A stretch of 63,063 nt of DNA, counting the filler, from Hyphochytrium catenoides (Eukaryota > Protista > Hyphochytriomycota): the NCBI GenBank assembly GCA_900088475.1. It is 9 parts of 9 records of this genome, joined end to end, with 100 filler letters (N's around TTAATTAATTAA, not from the genome) between each part and the next. Parts side by side here need not be neighbours in the genome. Positions count along the whole stretch, not along the records: positions 29,015 to 49,891 come from FLMG01003331.1; positions 49,992 to 52,694 come from FLMG01000486.1; positions 52,795 to 56,992 come from FLMG01001424.1; positions 57,093 to 60,848 come from FLMG01000555.1; 5 more parts are not named here. One strand, given 5' to 3'. The position numbers were made by a program, and so were the translations under genes. Shown piece by piece: positions 45,193 through 60,500 of the stretch (the first letter of the stretch is position 1; every line of letters starts with the position of its first letter). The notes below the pieces were generated by a model. The model worked only from the letters and a program-made list of their open reading frames with translations. It made no database searches and was not told where the DNA came from.

Positions 45193-48100
45193 TCATCGTG
45201 AGGTCATGAGCAATGAGCCAACATATCCAATGAGACTTCTGAAGCGAGAGAGGCCATAGAGAAGGGAGAAAGAAACGCCGTAGCAGTAGACTGGCAGCAG
45301 CAGGAGTTTTCCGCTATAGCTTGACCTCTCAGCCATTTTCCACGCAGCAGCGGAGGCAAGAAAGGAAAGCGACCACTTGATCGTCCTTCTCCTTTGTCTT
45401 CTTAGAGCAGGAAGAGTGCTAAGTGCAGGAAGAAGGCCAAGACTCCAAGCCAGGCTACCCGCCTTACTTCGTCTCCCTTCCTTCCTCACTACATTCCTCA
45501 CTACCGTCTTCGACACTTCATATAGGGAGGAGAGGACAATGTACGGAGACGAGACTCTCAGGACCGAGAAGAGAAGGTTGATTAGGACGAACGAAGCATT
45601 CATCACTGAGAGATCGAAGAGGACATATACGGCAACCTCGTTCCATTCCGTCTGGTTGGCCACTTGATCTTTCACGTAGCCCAAGACAATGTTTGGGATA
45701 GATTGAGTGAATAGCCGCAGGATGGTAAGACCTCCGCCCCACGTGAAGATACCTCTTGTTAGGCACGCTTGGATGGTGGAAGGCTGACGCAATACCTGAT
45801 AACGGGAGTGTACGTATGAGCATGACAGAAGAAACGGACGAGAAGAGTAGCTGGACTAGTAGTGATAGAGAGGAAAGACCCTTATACATTGGGCTGTTGA
45901 TACTCAAACAGAGCACTAAGGGCCACCGAGGAAGTCAGATAGAAGAGTAAACATTGGAGTCTATATGGGAACGAAATGTGACTGTTCCGGAAACTGGAAA
46001 CCCTGGGTCCCACAGAGGGAAGAAAACGCAAGGCAGCACTATCAACACAAGGGTAAGGGCATAGCAATCCATACTCGTAGCGTTTCTCGGCACCACTCTC
46101 CCAGGGCCTCCCTCCTCAGAGGTAACGGCATAGAAGACAGAGGAAGCAGATAGCACAAGGGATGCAATTGCCGCTTGTAGGCAACCTTCCAGTACCGACA
46201 GCCAAACTCTGAGACTTCAAAATCAATATCAGTAAGGGCATCAAGACGAAAGAGAGATCTTAAGCAGCGCTGAGAGGAAGCTATCGACAAGCTCAGCCTG
46301 TCTGATGCCAGCACAGAAAGTATGCACGAGCCGCATGGAAAAGAACGTACTAGGCAGCAGGACACAAAACAACAGATCCAAGTGCGGACAGTATGACGAA
46401 GAAAGAGAGCTCTGGATGACACAAAGGTACAATGCAACTGGTGGACGAGTTGGAAAAAGAGAGACCAATACTCCTCACTTAGTTGGTCACTGGACTGTCT
46501 AAGGAATGCAAGCAGTGCTTGAGCAGCCTGTGAACAGAGATCAGAGCAGTGCAGACGTCATGTAGACAAAGGCCCCACAGATCTGACTCTCTCTCTTCTT
46601 CTCAGCGGAGTGAGTGAGGAAATACTTCCTTTGTCGTGCTAGTATATGGAGCTCTCAGGCGGTACCGTCCACTTTATGTTAGCGTATTTTGACTTTGCAT
46701 CTCTTAGATGTCCTAGCGTCTCACCTGAAGGCTCCTATCTCCCGTTTCTTCTTCTGCTGTCCTCAGAAGAAATTCGATGAATCCTCTTCTGAGCAGAGCG
46801 AAACACGTAAGGTTGTCGAATAGTTCTCCCTAACGGGAAGTAACAGCGTTAGCAACCAAGAGTGAGGTTCAAGCGTGGGTTATAAGAGAAGAGACATTGG
46901 GAAGAGAGCGGCAGGAGCAGAACAGACCGTCAGCAACAGCTGGCCAACGACCTCTAGGTCCGCCTCCTCAGCCGATAACGCCGTAAGAGAAAGGTTCACG
47001 GGCGCCAAAGGATTAGTGTCCACAAAAAGCACCTGCATGCGAAGAGGACGATAGACATCAGCGTGCATCGCGCCATCAATAATATCAGGGAGTTCAATCC
47101 CGTAAAGTTGAGTTCTGCCAGCTGCAGATGAGGAAGCTTTGCAAAGCACTGCTAAAACCAGGCATAAGAGAGCTGATTGGCTAGTGCCACTGCGATAAGC
47201 AGTAGGGCGAGGGAAAGGTGTTACCTCAATACCTCACAAGCCGAGGATCAAGAGAGAGTCAGGGAACAGAGAAGTGGGGATAGCCCGCACAGTAGACACG
47301 ACGAACTTCTACAACGAGTAAGGAGAAACCTTGGAGCTAGCGGAGAGAGCAATAGGAGCAACCTGTAGAAAGGTCCTTCCGTCGACTAGATTCTCATGGG
47401 CAAGCTCCCAGCGCTGGTTCCTCAGCGTCAGAGATAACTTCCAGCGACCCAGACTGCGGAAAGAGCGCACAGGGCAAACAATAAAGAACAAATGAAAGCA
47501 GAGATGAGAAGTTGAGCGCCCGAGCGGAAGAGTATATAAAGTACTATAGGAAAAGGAATGGAGAGGGAGTACGAGCGCGCAGTAAAGAGAGCACCGGGAA
47601 GGAAAGGGGATAACCAAGGGACGTATCAAAGGAGTGAGTCAGCATAGAGGCAACGACAAAAGGCGAGAAGCGAGTCAGTGCAACTTACCGGCCTCCAGCT
47701 GTATCAAAGGGCACCAGCTCATGCAAATTGTTCGGTGGAAGCTCGTCATCTCCCCTTACTCCCAGAAGTGAGCCGGAGGTGCACTCCAGTAGATCAAAGT
47801 CCTGAGCCAACGACAAGCGAGAGACAGGGAGAGACAACGAAAGAGATGGGAAACCAGGCGAAGAGAGAGAAAAGGCAGTGCCAGGGAAGTAGGCGTAGTG
47901 AGAGCCAGCGGTGAGGGGAGAGACTGCCGCTGGTGCAGACCTCAAAGACAGACAGAGACTGAGAGAACCTGATGTACCTTCATCTGATAGCCGTCAAATT
48001 CTTCCTGAGCCGCTCTGCCCAATAAAAAAGATAAGCGCTTGAGTGCAAGTTCATGATTGACAAGAGAAAGGAAAGAGCAGGAGAGAAAGAAGCCAGAAGA

Positions 48101-49121
48101 GAGAACAGAAGAGAAAGACGGCGGAAGCCCCACAGAGAGGTAGGCGACAGAGCTTTTGCCATCACGGTTCGCACATTATAGACCAGCATAGCAGGAGAAA
48201 GACCGAGCCTCCACAATGACGAGAGATGGGGAAGAGACAAAAGCAGAAGAGACCTAATCTTCCTCTTGATAGTGTAGCGGTCGTCGCTTATCCTCAAAGT
48301 AACGTTGACAATGCCGCCAGAGAGAAGCAACACCCGGATCGTTGCCTCGCCTCTAACCATCTTTCGTACCATAAGGAACCAATACTTAGCAGGAACTGCA
48401 GAGATGGGGCCAAGGAGGGAATATGATGGCAGGGCAGGAGAAAGAAGGTGAGTACAAAGAGCAAGAGAGAGAGAGAGAGAGAGTAAGAAGGAAAGAGAGT
48501 AGAGAGAGCGCGAGAGAGAAAAAGAGGGAGATTGAGAGAAAGAGAGAAAGATAGCGAGAGAGAAAAAGAAAGAATGAAAGTACCGAGATCGCGAGAGAGA
48601 AAAAGAGGGAGAGAGAGGCTGAGAGAGAGAAAACGAGAAAGAGAGAGAAAGAGTTAGGGGAGGGAGGGAAGAGAAAGGGTGAATGACAGAGAGGAGAACT
48701 GACCAGTAGGGGAGAGGGAGGAAGTCAAAGAAAGAGAAGCATCCGCAGAAACATGAGACAGGAAGCCTCAAAAGAGGCTTCTTCCCATCCCTCGACCCAG
48801 AAGTGAGTGTGACGGAGCAAGAGATAGCAATCTGTCTCCTTATAAGGAGAAAGATCCACAAAGAGAGTTTTCCTGTCCCTCTTTCCTCCTCTTAGACTCG
48901 CCATCACTCACCCTTTTCGTCTTTTCCTTCTCCTCCCTCCACCGCTGGGTAGGAGCAACGGCGGTATAGCTCGTGCCAGACTGAGTTGGAGAGACAAGGG
49001 CTCCGTAGAGCCTGACAAGTTGCCGCCAACCGGCCCAACTCTCGAACTACAGACGCATCGAGAGGCATGAGATGTCAGGGATGGCAAAAGTAAGCAGAAA
49101 GAGAGAGAGAGAGAAAAAGAG

Positions 49122-49163
<42 letters not shown>

Positions 49164-49589
49164 AAGGAGGAGAAGGAGAGAGAAACAGGGAGTAACGGGG
49201 AGGAGAGAGAAAGAAAGAGGGAGAGGGAGAGAAAAGAAAAAAGAGGCAACGCGAAAGAGTGCGGGACAGTTAGGGATAAAGAGGTAGGAGAGAGAGAGAG
49301 AGGAGAGGAGTGAAAGAGACCATAGGGAGAAGGGAAGGCAAGGCGGAAGGAGGCAGACCGTTTGCGGCCAGAGTTGGAGAGGACAGAGCCAAGCGGGCGC
49401 GCTCTTACCTCCACAGAAGGACAGAAGATAGAGGAAAGCATCTTGACAGCTCTCATGCACCTTCTCCAGAGTCAAAGTGCGGCCCTCAACAGCGGCAGCG
49501 CTGTCTCCTAAGGAGGGGAGAAGACACACCGTGGGCGAGAGAGAGACATCGGGCCAATAGACAGCGGCCGAGTAAAGCTCCGCCTCCAT
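45193..49589 (-). CDS. Probable F-box protein with a multi-pass hydrophobic C-terminus (many exons; single-gene model tentative)
   Basis: Exon 49589-49409 spliced to the exon starting at 49046 gives LEKVHESCQDAFLYLLSFCG|VRELGRLAATCQALRSPCLSNSVWHELY (F-box-like). More GT-AG-bounded exons follow at about 48400-48260, 47800-47690, 47150-46960 and 46530-46435. The last segment, 45193 to about 45790, has several hydrophobic stretches. Confidence 0.55.
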
Positions 49590-49991
49590 AGCTCTGTCTC
49601 TGTATGCTCTGTAGGAGAAGAACTTATGACCATATGGAGAGTGCCGCAAGCTCTCTCAGAAGATGGCTCCCAAAGAAGAGACACAGAAGAGATCCAGGAC
49701 GGAAGGCAGAGAGAACGAAGAGAAGCGGCGCTAATAATGTGAGACACATGAGAGACGCTAGCAAAGGGGCGAGCAGGGGCGGTCCTTTTGGAAAGAGGAG
49801 GGTGAGCAAGGGGTATGATGAGAAAGGGTCGGAGAGCACAAGAGTGCAAGAGAGAGAAAGGAGAGAAAGAAAGAGGGAGAGAGAGAGAGAGNNNNNNNNN
49901 NNNNNNNNNNNNNNNNNNNNNNNNNNNNNNNNNNNTTAATTAATTAANNNNNNNNNNNNNNNNNNNNNNNNNNNNNNNNNNNNNNNNNNNN

Positions 49992-51094
49992 CACCTTCTT
50001 TCTCTCACTCTCTTGAGATCTGCATCAGATTCTCATATTACACCTCCTCATCCTTATGCTCTTCCACCACCATTGGGGTCACTTCTTCGTGGTTGGGGGC
50101 CTGTCCTCCTTCTTCTGCATCTTGTACTATATGGCGCAGCTAGAGCAGCAGTAGCTGGGGCTGCCAGATTGGTATCAGCAGGGGAAGAAGGAGGAGGAGG
50201 AGGATCTACAGTCAAAACGGCGGGAGCTGTGACTGTTTTGGCTGGCGGCATCACTGACGGCCTTGCCGCAGAAGAGGGAGGAGCAGCAACACCTTTGTCT
50301 TGAGCATTTTTATGGTTATTTTTCTCTTCGTTTATTACAGCAGATGCGACAAGGGAAGTTGCTGGCCCCAAGTTTGTTCCTTGCTGGGCGATTGGCTCCG
50401 GTTGCTGCTCTTTGCGAAATCTAGTCATTGCGTCCTTCTTCCGTTCCTTCTTGTCTGTTTTCTCGCCTGTGGCGGGATCGGTGGGAGTTGAAGGAGAAAG
50501 AGTCTCCCCTTCTTTTATGCTGGCAGAGAGAGGATGAAACCGAACACGAAGCCTTGTCTGTCTCCAAAAGTTCGGCAGCAGGTAAAGGTGCTGGAGCAGG
50601 AGGACGACGGTCTTTTGCTTGTTCAGAAGATTGAGAATCTGGGTTCTTCAGTTCTTCCTTTCGGCTGCTTTGTGCTGATTGAAGAAGGGACAGAACGAGA
50701 AGGAGGCTGATGATTAAGTGGAAAGGTGGCATTTACTTTTGGGCTTCCCGTCGTCTTCTCCTGGGTAGCAAGAGGAGAGGTGCTGGCTTCCTTGGTCTTT
50801 TTGTTCTCTTCCAGGCGCATTAGAGCTTCTTTTGAGCCTCCTGTCGTCTTCTCCTGGATAGCAGAAGGAGAGGTGCTGGCTTCCTTAATCTTTTTGTCCT
50901 GTTCCAGACCCATTAGAGCTTGAGCCTCCTGTCGACTTCTCCTGGGTAGCAAGAGGAGATGTGCTGGCTTCTTTGACAATTTTGTCCTCTTCCAGACGCA
51001 TTAGAAATGCCAGACGCATTAGAGCTCTGCGCATGCTTCTTAACCCTCTTTTCGGGCCGCGCTGGAGTTGGATTCCTGATGCAGAATTCTTCAA
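49992..51094 (-). pseudogene. Frameshifted Pro/Ala-rich ORF remnant with a 93-bp (31-aa) repeat x3, possibly a retroelement relic
   Basis: The unit ALMRLEE.K..KEASTSPLA.QEKTTGGS occurs 3 times, with spacings of 93 and 88 bp (5-bp loss causes a frameshift). It continues as overlapping broken ORFs 50623-50979, 50421-50732 and 50054-50428. Confidence 0.5.
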
Positions 51095-54000
51095 TTGAGA
51101 CTCACTAAATTCTACAGGGGAAAGTTTGTACGGGGTGATTATAAAGGTGATCCATGGGCACTGTGCTGGTTGTCCGAAGGAGGAATAGAAAGCAGGACAT
51201 GAGCAGGACTAAATGAGAATCCCATCGCGCTGTCTTCTTCCTCCATTGGCGTATGGAACGCACGCAAGTGCACATAGTTGAGGGAGAAAATAGCCTTTTT
51301 GCTTAAGCCGAGAGATAATATTAATTGACCGGTATGAGGACGAAGTGACGAGATTGCACTTAGGGTTAGGAGTGTGATGGACTCTATCGGAGAGAAAACC
51401 GCTAGCTTTGTGACTTGAGCTAGGAGAGCGCTGTGTACAAACGCTACGCTGAGGTGGCCGAGGCCAAAAAAGGGAGAGCGTTCTGTCAATGCATAGTGGC
51501 CTCTTGACTTCCTCCTACTCCTTGAACAAGAAGCATCCACTCTGGGAAAGCCGCCTAACCTTAGGGCTACTAACAAGACTTAAAGAAGGTCACGCGTTGG
51601 GACACAGCAACAAGAGAGATAGGAGGATGGCGTGTCACTGTATGGCGCGCGGTGTAGCAGGAAGATGTCGGATAGATGTCGTGGAACATGCCAGGAAGAC
51701 CTGGAAGCCCTGGCTCTGCGCCCGGGAGGTAGGACTTACTACCGCTTATCACACTCGAGAACCATGTGCACCTTGTGTGAAATTGCGTCGAATCGTCACT
51801 AGATATCCGAAAGCCGACGATCTTGGTAGGTGCGCTTTTTATGCTCTGTATATTAGAGACTTCTGAATATAAGGCGTGCGCGTCTGACTATTTCTGAAGA
51901 ACATAATGAGAGCGAGAGCTCTTTCCTTCACATAGCTCCGTTGCTCCCTTGGCCGTCTGTATATGTTTCCCTGTTGAGCACTGTGCTTCCGGATGTATTT
52001 CCTCTCGAGTTGATGAGAGCCTTATTATCCCTGTCATCAGCTTCTATAAAGCGAGCCGAGTTTACTCTAGAATAACTGATCTAAGAGATAGCTTAAAAAG
52101 GCTAGACTTAATGTTGCCCACCTTCCGTTTGTTTGGGACGACTAGACACGATATAAAGATCCATAGAACTTGCAGTGCAAAATAGTAGTTCACGGTTTTG
52201 CTAATAAATAAACAGTAGTAGATCTAGTCAAGATGCAGCAGAGGTAGACAGTTCGGAACAACTCAGGAGACATAGCACAAGAAGCCCTTAATTATTGGTA
52301 CTACTAATAAAATTATAACGTCGTCATGTCTATCCTTCAAACTTCATCGTCGTATTATTATAAAAGTAACCTGTCCTAGGGTTAGACCCCATACCTCGGA
52401 AAGCCTAAGATAGCTCCCTCAGGGTTTGGATTTCTGGTTGAAGACAGTACCCCAGCAGCAGCCCATTTTACTTCCCTGTAGCTGCTGAACGATGGAAGCG
52501 GAAGGTAGTCCCGGGTCACAACGAACATACGGACGACCACTCATGGGTCTTTATTTAGACCATAGAACCTCAAACAAGAGGAGGACAGTTCCGGCTCCTG
52601 CTTGCGGTCGTTGTTGATGTTTCTTTCCTGGTGTTACAGAGTTCAGAGGTGTTATATGTACATGACAGTGCGCTGCGTATATAACAATTACAACNNNNNN
52701 NNNNNNNNNNNNNNNNNNNNNNNNNNNNNNNNNNNNNNTTAATTAATTAANNNNNNNNNNNNNNNNNNNNNNNNNNNNNNNNNNNNNNNNNNNNAGAGAG
52801 AGAGAGACGGGGAGGGGGGGAGAGAGAGGGAGAGAGAAAGAAAGAAAGAGAGGGAAACTGGGAGGGAGAGCGGAGAGAGAGAGACAGAGAGAGGGAGAGA
52901 CAGAAAAATAAGTCCCCTCGTGAGGGAGAGTAAGGCATGCCTGAGAGAGACTGAGAACTTGGACCAAGAAATGTTACTAAGCCAAGGATCATTGTAAATC
53001 CTCCGTTCTTTCTCCCCCTCAATCATATTTCTCACGCTCTCTCTCTCTCTTCACCATTCTTTCTCTCTCTTTCTCTCTCTCTCCGTCTCCGTAGGCTTTA
53101 CTTCTCTTACATCGGCTCCATTTGAGCTCTTCAAGCTCCACCATCCACTGCTGAAGACAAAGAACTGGGCTCCAGAGTCCATAGAGTTACTGCTAGGAAA
53201 GCCCAAAGAAGCGTGGCAGTCTCCCACTCTTCTTCTCGCTCCTGCTGCTCCTTCTGCTCCTGCCTGGGCAGTCTTTCTTCTCTCTCTCATGGCGGCAAGC
53301 AACTATTTTCTCTCTGCTTCCTACATTATTTCGAGGACGATGATGTGGATCAACATGAGTTTGGACAGGTTTAGAATCGCTGCAGGAGAGGAGAGATACG
53401 GAGGCAGGGAAGAGAAGAGAGAGACCATGGTGGAAGGAGAGAGAGAGACTGCTGGTAACTCCTCTGTAAGGGAAGAGAAAGAAAATGGCACGACCTACCG
53501 GCGGAGAAGTGCACGGAAGACAAAGAAAGCCGAGAGATAGTCTGCCAATAGGTTCGAAGCTGAAATTTCCCCATAAAGAAGAAAAGAGACAGATATATTC
53601 TCTCTCTCCGCCGTCTCTCTTTGACAAGAGGGAAGGAATAAGCAGAACAAGGAGAGAGAAGAGGCTGTCCCTCCAATATAACGGGGTCAAGGCAGAGAAA
53701 GAGAGAGAGAAGAGAAACTAGAGAAGAGAAAGAGAAGCAGAAGACGGGACAGATAAAGTTCTATAGCGAAAGAAACCTTCCAGTCAAAGAGAGAGAAGCC
53801 AAGGAAGAGGTCGTGAGAGCTGGGAAGAGAGACCGCCCTTGTTAGAAATGCTTTAGAAGGAAGAGAAGAGAGAGAACAAGAGATCATTGGGCTGAGCCAC
53901 CAGAGAAAAGGAGCGAGACAGAAAGACAGCTGCAGAAAACCAGATCTTCGCAATTATTGTTGGAGAGACGGGAGTGGAAGCAAGAGAGAGAAAAAGAGAA

Positions 54001-54426
54001 GTAGGAAAAGAAAGGAGAATCGACAGAGTCTTTCCAAAGCACTTCATTTCTGGAGATAATAGCATAGGAGGGAAGAAGGCTCGGACAACACCCTTCGCTC
54101 TCTTTTTCTTTGTTGTCTGTCTCCTTTACTCTTTTTCCCTCTCTCTCGCCTTTGTTCTCTCTAAGCCGTCTGCTGGCATCTCTCTCTCTCTCTCTCTCAC
54201 TTTTGCATAGAGAACAACGTTTCGCTATCATCACTTTCTCCCTTCAGAGAGCCTTTGTCTGTCGCCGAGTCTGCATCTTAATACCTCTTCTCCCAAACCA
54301 AGTGTAGCATCATCTCTCCCTCTTTCTCTCTCTCTTATCGTACAAAGAAGAAGGGAAAGGCTCTTGCCGGGACCTAACTTTTTCACCTTCTCTCTCTCTC
54401 CTCTCTCTCCTATTTGTCTTCCTCCT

Positions 54427-55979
<1,553 letters not shown>

Positions 55980-57203
55980 TGTAGAGATCTGTCACTTTCT
56001 TCTTGGCCCTAATGAGGAGTTTAGCAGTGTTCTGCCAACCGCAACCACTGCTCCTAATGTGCCCTTTGCACGTTGTGACGCCGCTGTCTTGCCAGACTCT
56101 GTCTTTCTATCTCTCAGAGTCTCTCTCTCTCTCTCTCTCTTATGCACACCGCCCTGGTCTCTCTCTCTCTTCTCTATCAATGGTATCAATGTGTGGCTCC
56201 GTCTATTCTTCTTCTCTCTGTGCGTGGGAGAGGCCCTTGCTCGGCTGTCTGCCGGCTCTGGCTCTGGAACTGCAGGAACTGCCGCTGAAGATACTCCGAA
56301 GACCAAGCTTCGGCGGCGCTAAAACGAGTGATCAAAGAACGGTAAACGGACGAGACAGAGTTCTCATGAGCTATATTAACAAGAGCATAAAGATAGGAGA
56401 TCTGTGAAGACAGAGAATGGAAGAGACGAGCAGGCAGGGGGTCCCACATTCTCTTTCCTTTGTCTGCTCACAGTCACACAGATACAGGGGGATTCTATGT
56501 ATTCTGAAACACCACTTTCCGGAGTTTCTCTGATCTGAGAACTAATTAGGGTTAGTTATCATAGTTTGCTTAGGATTAGGATTGGGTCTATGACGGATCC
56601 TCCACATGTTATTCGGAATAAATGGATTGGTCTGCCAACCAGTGAAGAGACTCAATCAGAAGGTGGAGAAAGGTTACAGCCAGCAACCTGACCATCAGAA
56701 CCATCATCTCTCTCTCTCTCTCTCACCTCTCGCTCTCCTCTCGCTCTCCTCTCTCTCTCTCTCTCTCCCTCTCTCTCTCTCTCTCCCTCTCTCTCTCTCT
56801 CTTTTTCCTCTCTCTCTCTCTTTTTTCCTCTCTCTCTCTCTCTCTTGTCTTCTTTCTCCTGCCTGTCTTTATCTACGTGTCTCGAATCGTTCTGCAGTAG
56901 AAGCTCTTGCTCACTCACTTCGATCTGCCATCAACCTCTTCCTCTCTGTTCTCTTCCTCTCCCTCACTGTTCCTGGCAGCTCTCTCTGCCTCNNNNNNNN
57001 NNNNNNNNNNNNNNNNNNNNNNNNNNNNNNNNNNNNTTAATTAATTAANNNNNNNNNNNNNNNNNNNNNNNNNNNNNNNNNNNNNNNNNNNNGTGCATTT
57101 TCTTCGTGAATGGCCAAAGACACTCGCGTGTGAAGGCGTAGGCCCATAGCTAAATAAGCGAGACCAAGGGCCAAGATGCCGAGAACCATCAAGGGCGGAG
57201 CGG

Positions 57204-57500
57204 TCACATTGAAGCTTCACCACCCAGGTGACCCACACAATCAACGACGCCTTGCATAGCTCCCCCAAACGACTCCCAGACGAGCGTAATAAATTGCAGC
57301 CCTACAGCCTTACAAGGAACCTCATATTTCTTGAGCTTCGCCTTCTCAGACAAACGGCCTCGATAGCCAGCGTGGACTGCTGCATAGGGAAGGGTTCTAG
57401 ATTGCAGCGAGTCCGTGATGGACACATGGAAAGCCGTGTGTTGATAAGAGTCCGAGAAGCCACGAACCAACAGGCCTCCCGATTTCAGATTTGACCCTGG
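57204..57500 (-). mobile_element. Degenerate restriction-like endonuclease (RLE) C-terminus of a non-LTR retrotransposon (CRE/R2-type)
   Basis: PGSNLKSGGLLVRGF....TAFHVSITDSL...EKAKLKKYEVPCKAVGLQFITLVWESFGG follows the RLE pattern RPAD.....DV.......K..KY......F.P...E..G. The catalytic acidic residues are mutated and no RT domain is visible. Confidence 0.65.
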
Positions 57501-60500
57501 AAGGAGATGACGAGGTTCACGAGAGACTTTATTTTTTCCTAGCGCTTTACAAGATCCATTTTGGGTATAAGAAACTTAGGACCTTCCTGGTACCATTGTG
57601 ATTGCTCTTAGTAGTGAGTGACCCACTGGGATGGTGGCACAACGTTCCTACTCGCAAGAGTTGACAGTTCAGCAGGTTCATGTCGATGGAGCCAATAAAC
57701 CTACAAAGTGGTAATAATAATGTTGGAACAGTGATGTGTTCTATCTCAATGGGCACACTGAAACTCTCGGAGGGCTTTTTGGCTCGCGAGGTCGCAGTCT
57801 ACAACAAACGGTGAGCACTTGTCTTGTTCCTCATCAGTATTACTCACTCTCTGTGCGGGGTAACATAATAGAAGTTCACCAGTACAGTAATAATAATAAA
57901 GATACATCTTTTATCTTTTTTGGGCCATTCCCTTCTAATTCTATGTGGGTGCGATTGGAAGAGCCCTTCTGTACTTTGGACTCGACATACATAGATAGTA
58001 GTTCTAGTGTGGAACCAGCCACCGCCCTTTGGCTAGCTCTGCTTCTGCTTCTCCGCCAGTCCGTCTTCGGCAAGGAGTAGGAAGTAGGAAGCACTATCTG
58101 TAGAACAACTATAGTTTGGTCAGAACTATCAGCTACTAATAAATGCAGCAGCACTCCAGTTTAGGTTACAAGATCATCAAAAGAAGAAGAGAACACGAGC
58201 ACTCCTTGAGGGAGGGCCTTAGTAGTAGTATCAGTAGAAGAACTCCCTATCTAGGAACTGCAGTACTCTACAATCTACTGGTTCTACGAGAGCATGCTTG
58301 GGTGCCAAGAATGACGTGGGAGAAGTAGTTGTTGGTTGTGTTGGGTGTACGGATTGAGTAAAAAAGGCCTTCATCATTAAAGAAGACGAGAAATCTTCAC
58401 AATTTACTCCTCGTCGGTGGTTGGGTGGGAGGCGGGCGGTTGAGATCAGTCGAGTTATTATCTTTATAGACCAGCAGCAGTTCCCGGCTGCTTGTTGCTT
58501 TAATTCCGACCTCTCATCATCACAAACAAAAGGTACTTCTTCCCAGGCAGCAATCAAGCACTCAACGGAATATCAACAACAAACAGTCATCACTGTAATA
58601 CATCCTGAGTGAGAGGAGCAGCGGTTACTAAGGTCAAGAATTGCAAGGAAGATCCCCTTCATGCCTCTTACAGCTTCCATTGCCTGATCCTCGTTGACAC
58701 ATTTTTAGGTCAGAGTAAGAACCTTCTCAATACTACATGAGTTGCAATCGATCAAGGTACAACAGTAGTTCAGAGCTACGTTTATGGACGACTCAATGAG
58801 GAGACAGAGAAACCTCTGATGACGGCGGGCGCAGAATAATAATGAGCAATTCCCAAATTTGGGTGGAGCAACACTATCATATCCTACACAGAGACTTGGC
58901 CTTCACTAATTCTCAGCTAGACATTGCCTTCGGGACTTGCGATCGATCAAGGTACAACAGCGACCTATTGTAGACGGAAGATGTACAACATGAAGACTGA
59001 TGGCGGTGTGTTTGTTGTGAACCCCGTAGATAAAATGGCTTTTCTGCTCCCACCTCAAGCTCTTCTTCTTCTGCTTGCGACAACCAACGGAACGGAGGAG
59101 AACCTTTTTTTGGGTTATTATGATCTTGTTGACCTTCTTCGCTGCTTCTGATACTACTAATAACTCCTTCTGTCAGCTAACACTCGCTCCTTGGTAGTAG
59201 TGATTGAGTAGTACTGGTTGTTGGGTAGAAGGGGTGGTCTTCTCAGCCGAAGGAGAAGCGCGAGCTCAATCTACCGATTATTCTGATGGAGGATCAGCAG
59301 TGGGACGCTTCAACCTCTTCAGCAACGGTCGCAACATCGTAAGAATAAGATATTTGAGTGTACGAAAATTACGCTCGTCTTCCCGAGATCAAATGTCACT
59401 GTCAGTCTGCCGCGAACCGCAGTTGTCTTCACACAAACTCTCGCGTTTGCAACTGCGTCTTCTCCCTATTTAACCATCAACACTTATTGATGAGGTTTTT
59501 TCTTCTCTTCTCGTTTTAATGTCACTTCAGTTCACCAGCTCAATCAGGCGGCAACTGACTATAGGGGTGATGATCTTGCAACAATAATCGGGTGGCTGGG
59601 AGGAGGCTCCTGATGATGATGGGACAGACATAGCTGTCAGGTTGCCTTGGCTTATATATACATAGGTTCCATGTACATCTTCCGTCTACAACAGGTCGCT
59701 GTTGTACACAATGGGCCATCTAAGTTCTTACTATGCTCGTCGTAGCATCTCAAGGCTGACTCAGGCTTCGAAACCCGTCACGTTCCTACTCTCCATTGCC
59801 CATCAACAAGTTTTCACACCTCTCCACCCTAGTCCTTACCTATTTAGTACCCAACCAACCATTCTGAGTATAGAGGAAGGACGGAGGAGGGTAAATAAAG
59901 CCGATGCCATCAAGCCTTTTACGGTGCGTAACAGCATGACAAACGTTACCATTAACCTCGTCACTACTGCAGAAATCTGTCACGTCGGAAGCAACGAAGG
60001 GCCATGTCATTACACACTGCGTAGAGTCACAGACGGACGATGATGAGAGTATAAGTGGAGAAACCCTTCCTCCTGATGGAATGAACACTACTAAGGGCCC
60101 AAGGCACCAAGGATACTTCCTAATCTTGTCTAGATATAAGCTGCTAGTACTACGTACGGCACTTCGCGCTGCTGTGATGAAGATAATCAATCAATCATCT
60201 GCTGGCTCCTGAAATGGCATCCCTACCTACTATTCCCAACCTTTGAGATCTCTGCAACCTCAAAAACGTGGCTAGAGTTCTGCTGAGCTTTTCTGGGTCC
60301 TAGGGTAGGATCAAAACAGGGAATCGGTCTTCTACCATTGCAGCTTTTTCTTTGCAGTACACCAGCAGATATCAACTCGAATGCGGCACCCTCGCTCTAT
60401 TATTTATAACCTGCTTTCGCGATCTCCAGTTCACTCCTGATGCTGCGATGCTGCGCACTCTGATGATCTTCACGGCATTATCCTTATCCCGTGGTTGTCT

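Noticed and set aside
53051-54400. Overlapping ORFs downstream of RBX1
   Set aside because: Low complexity, with no consistent frame or homology.
56540-56590. Telomere-like ttagggttag / ttaggattagg (also at about 51360 and 52377)
   Set aside because: Only one or two degenerate units, not an array.
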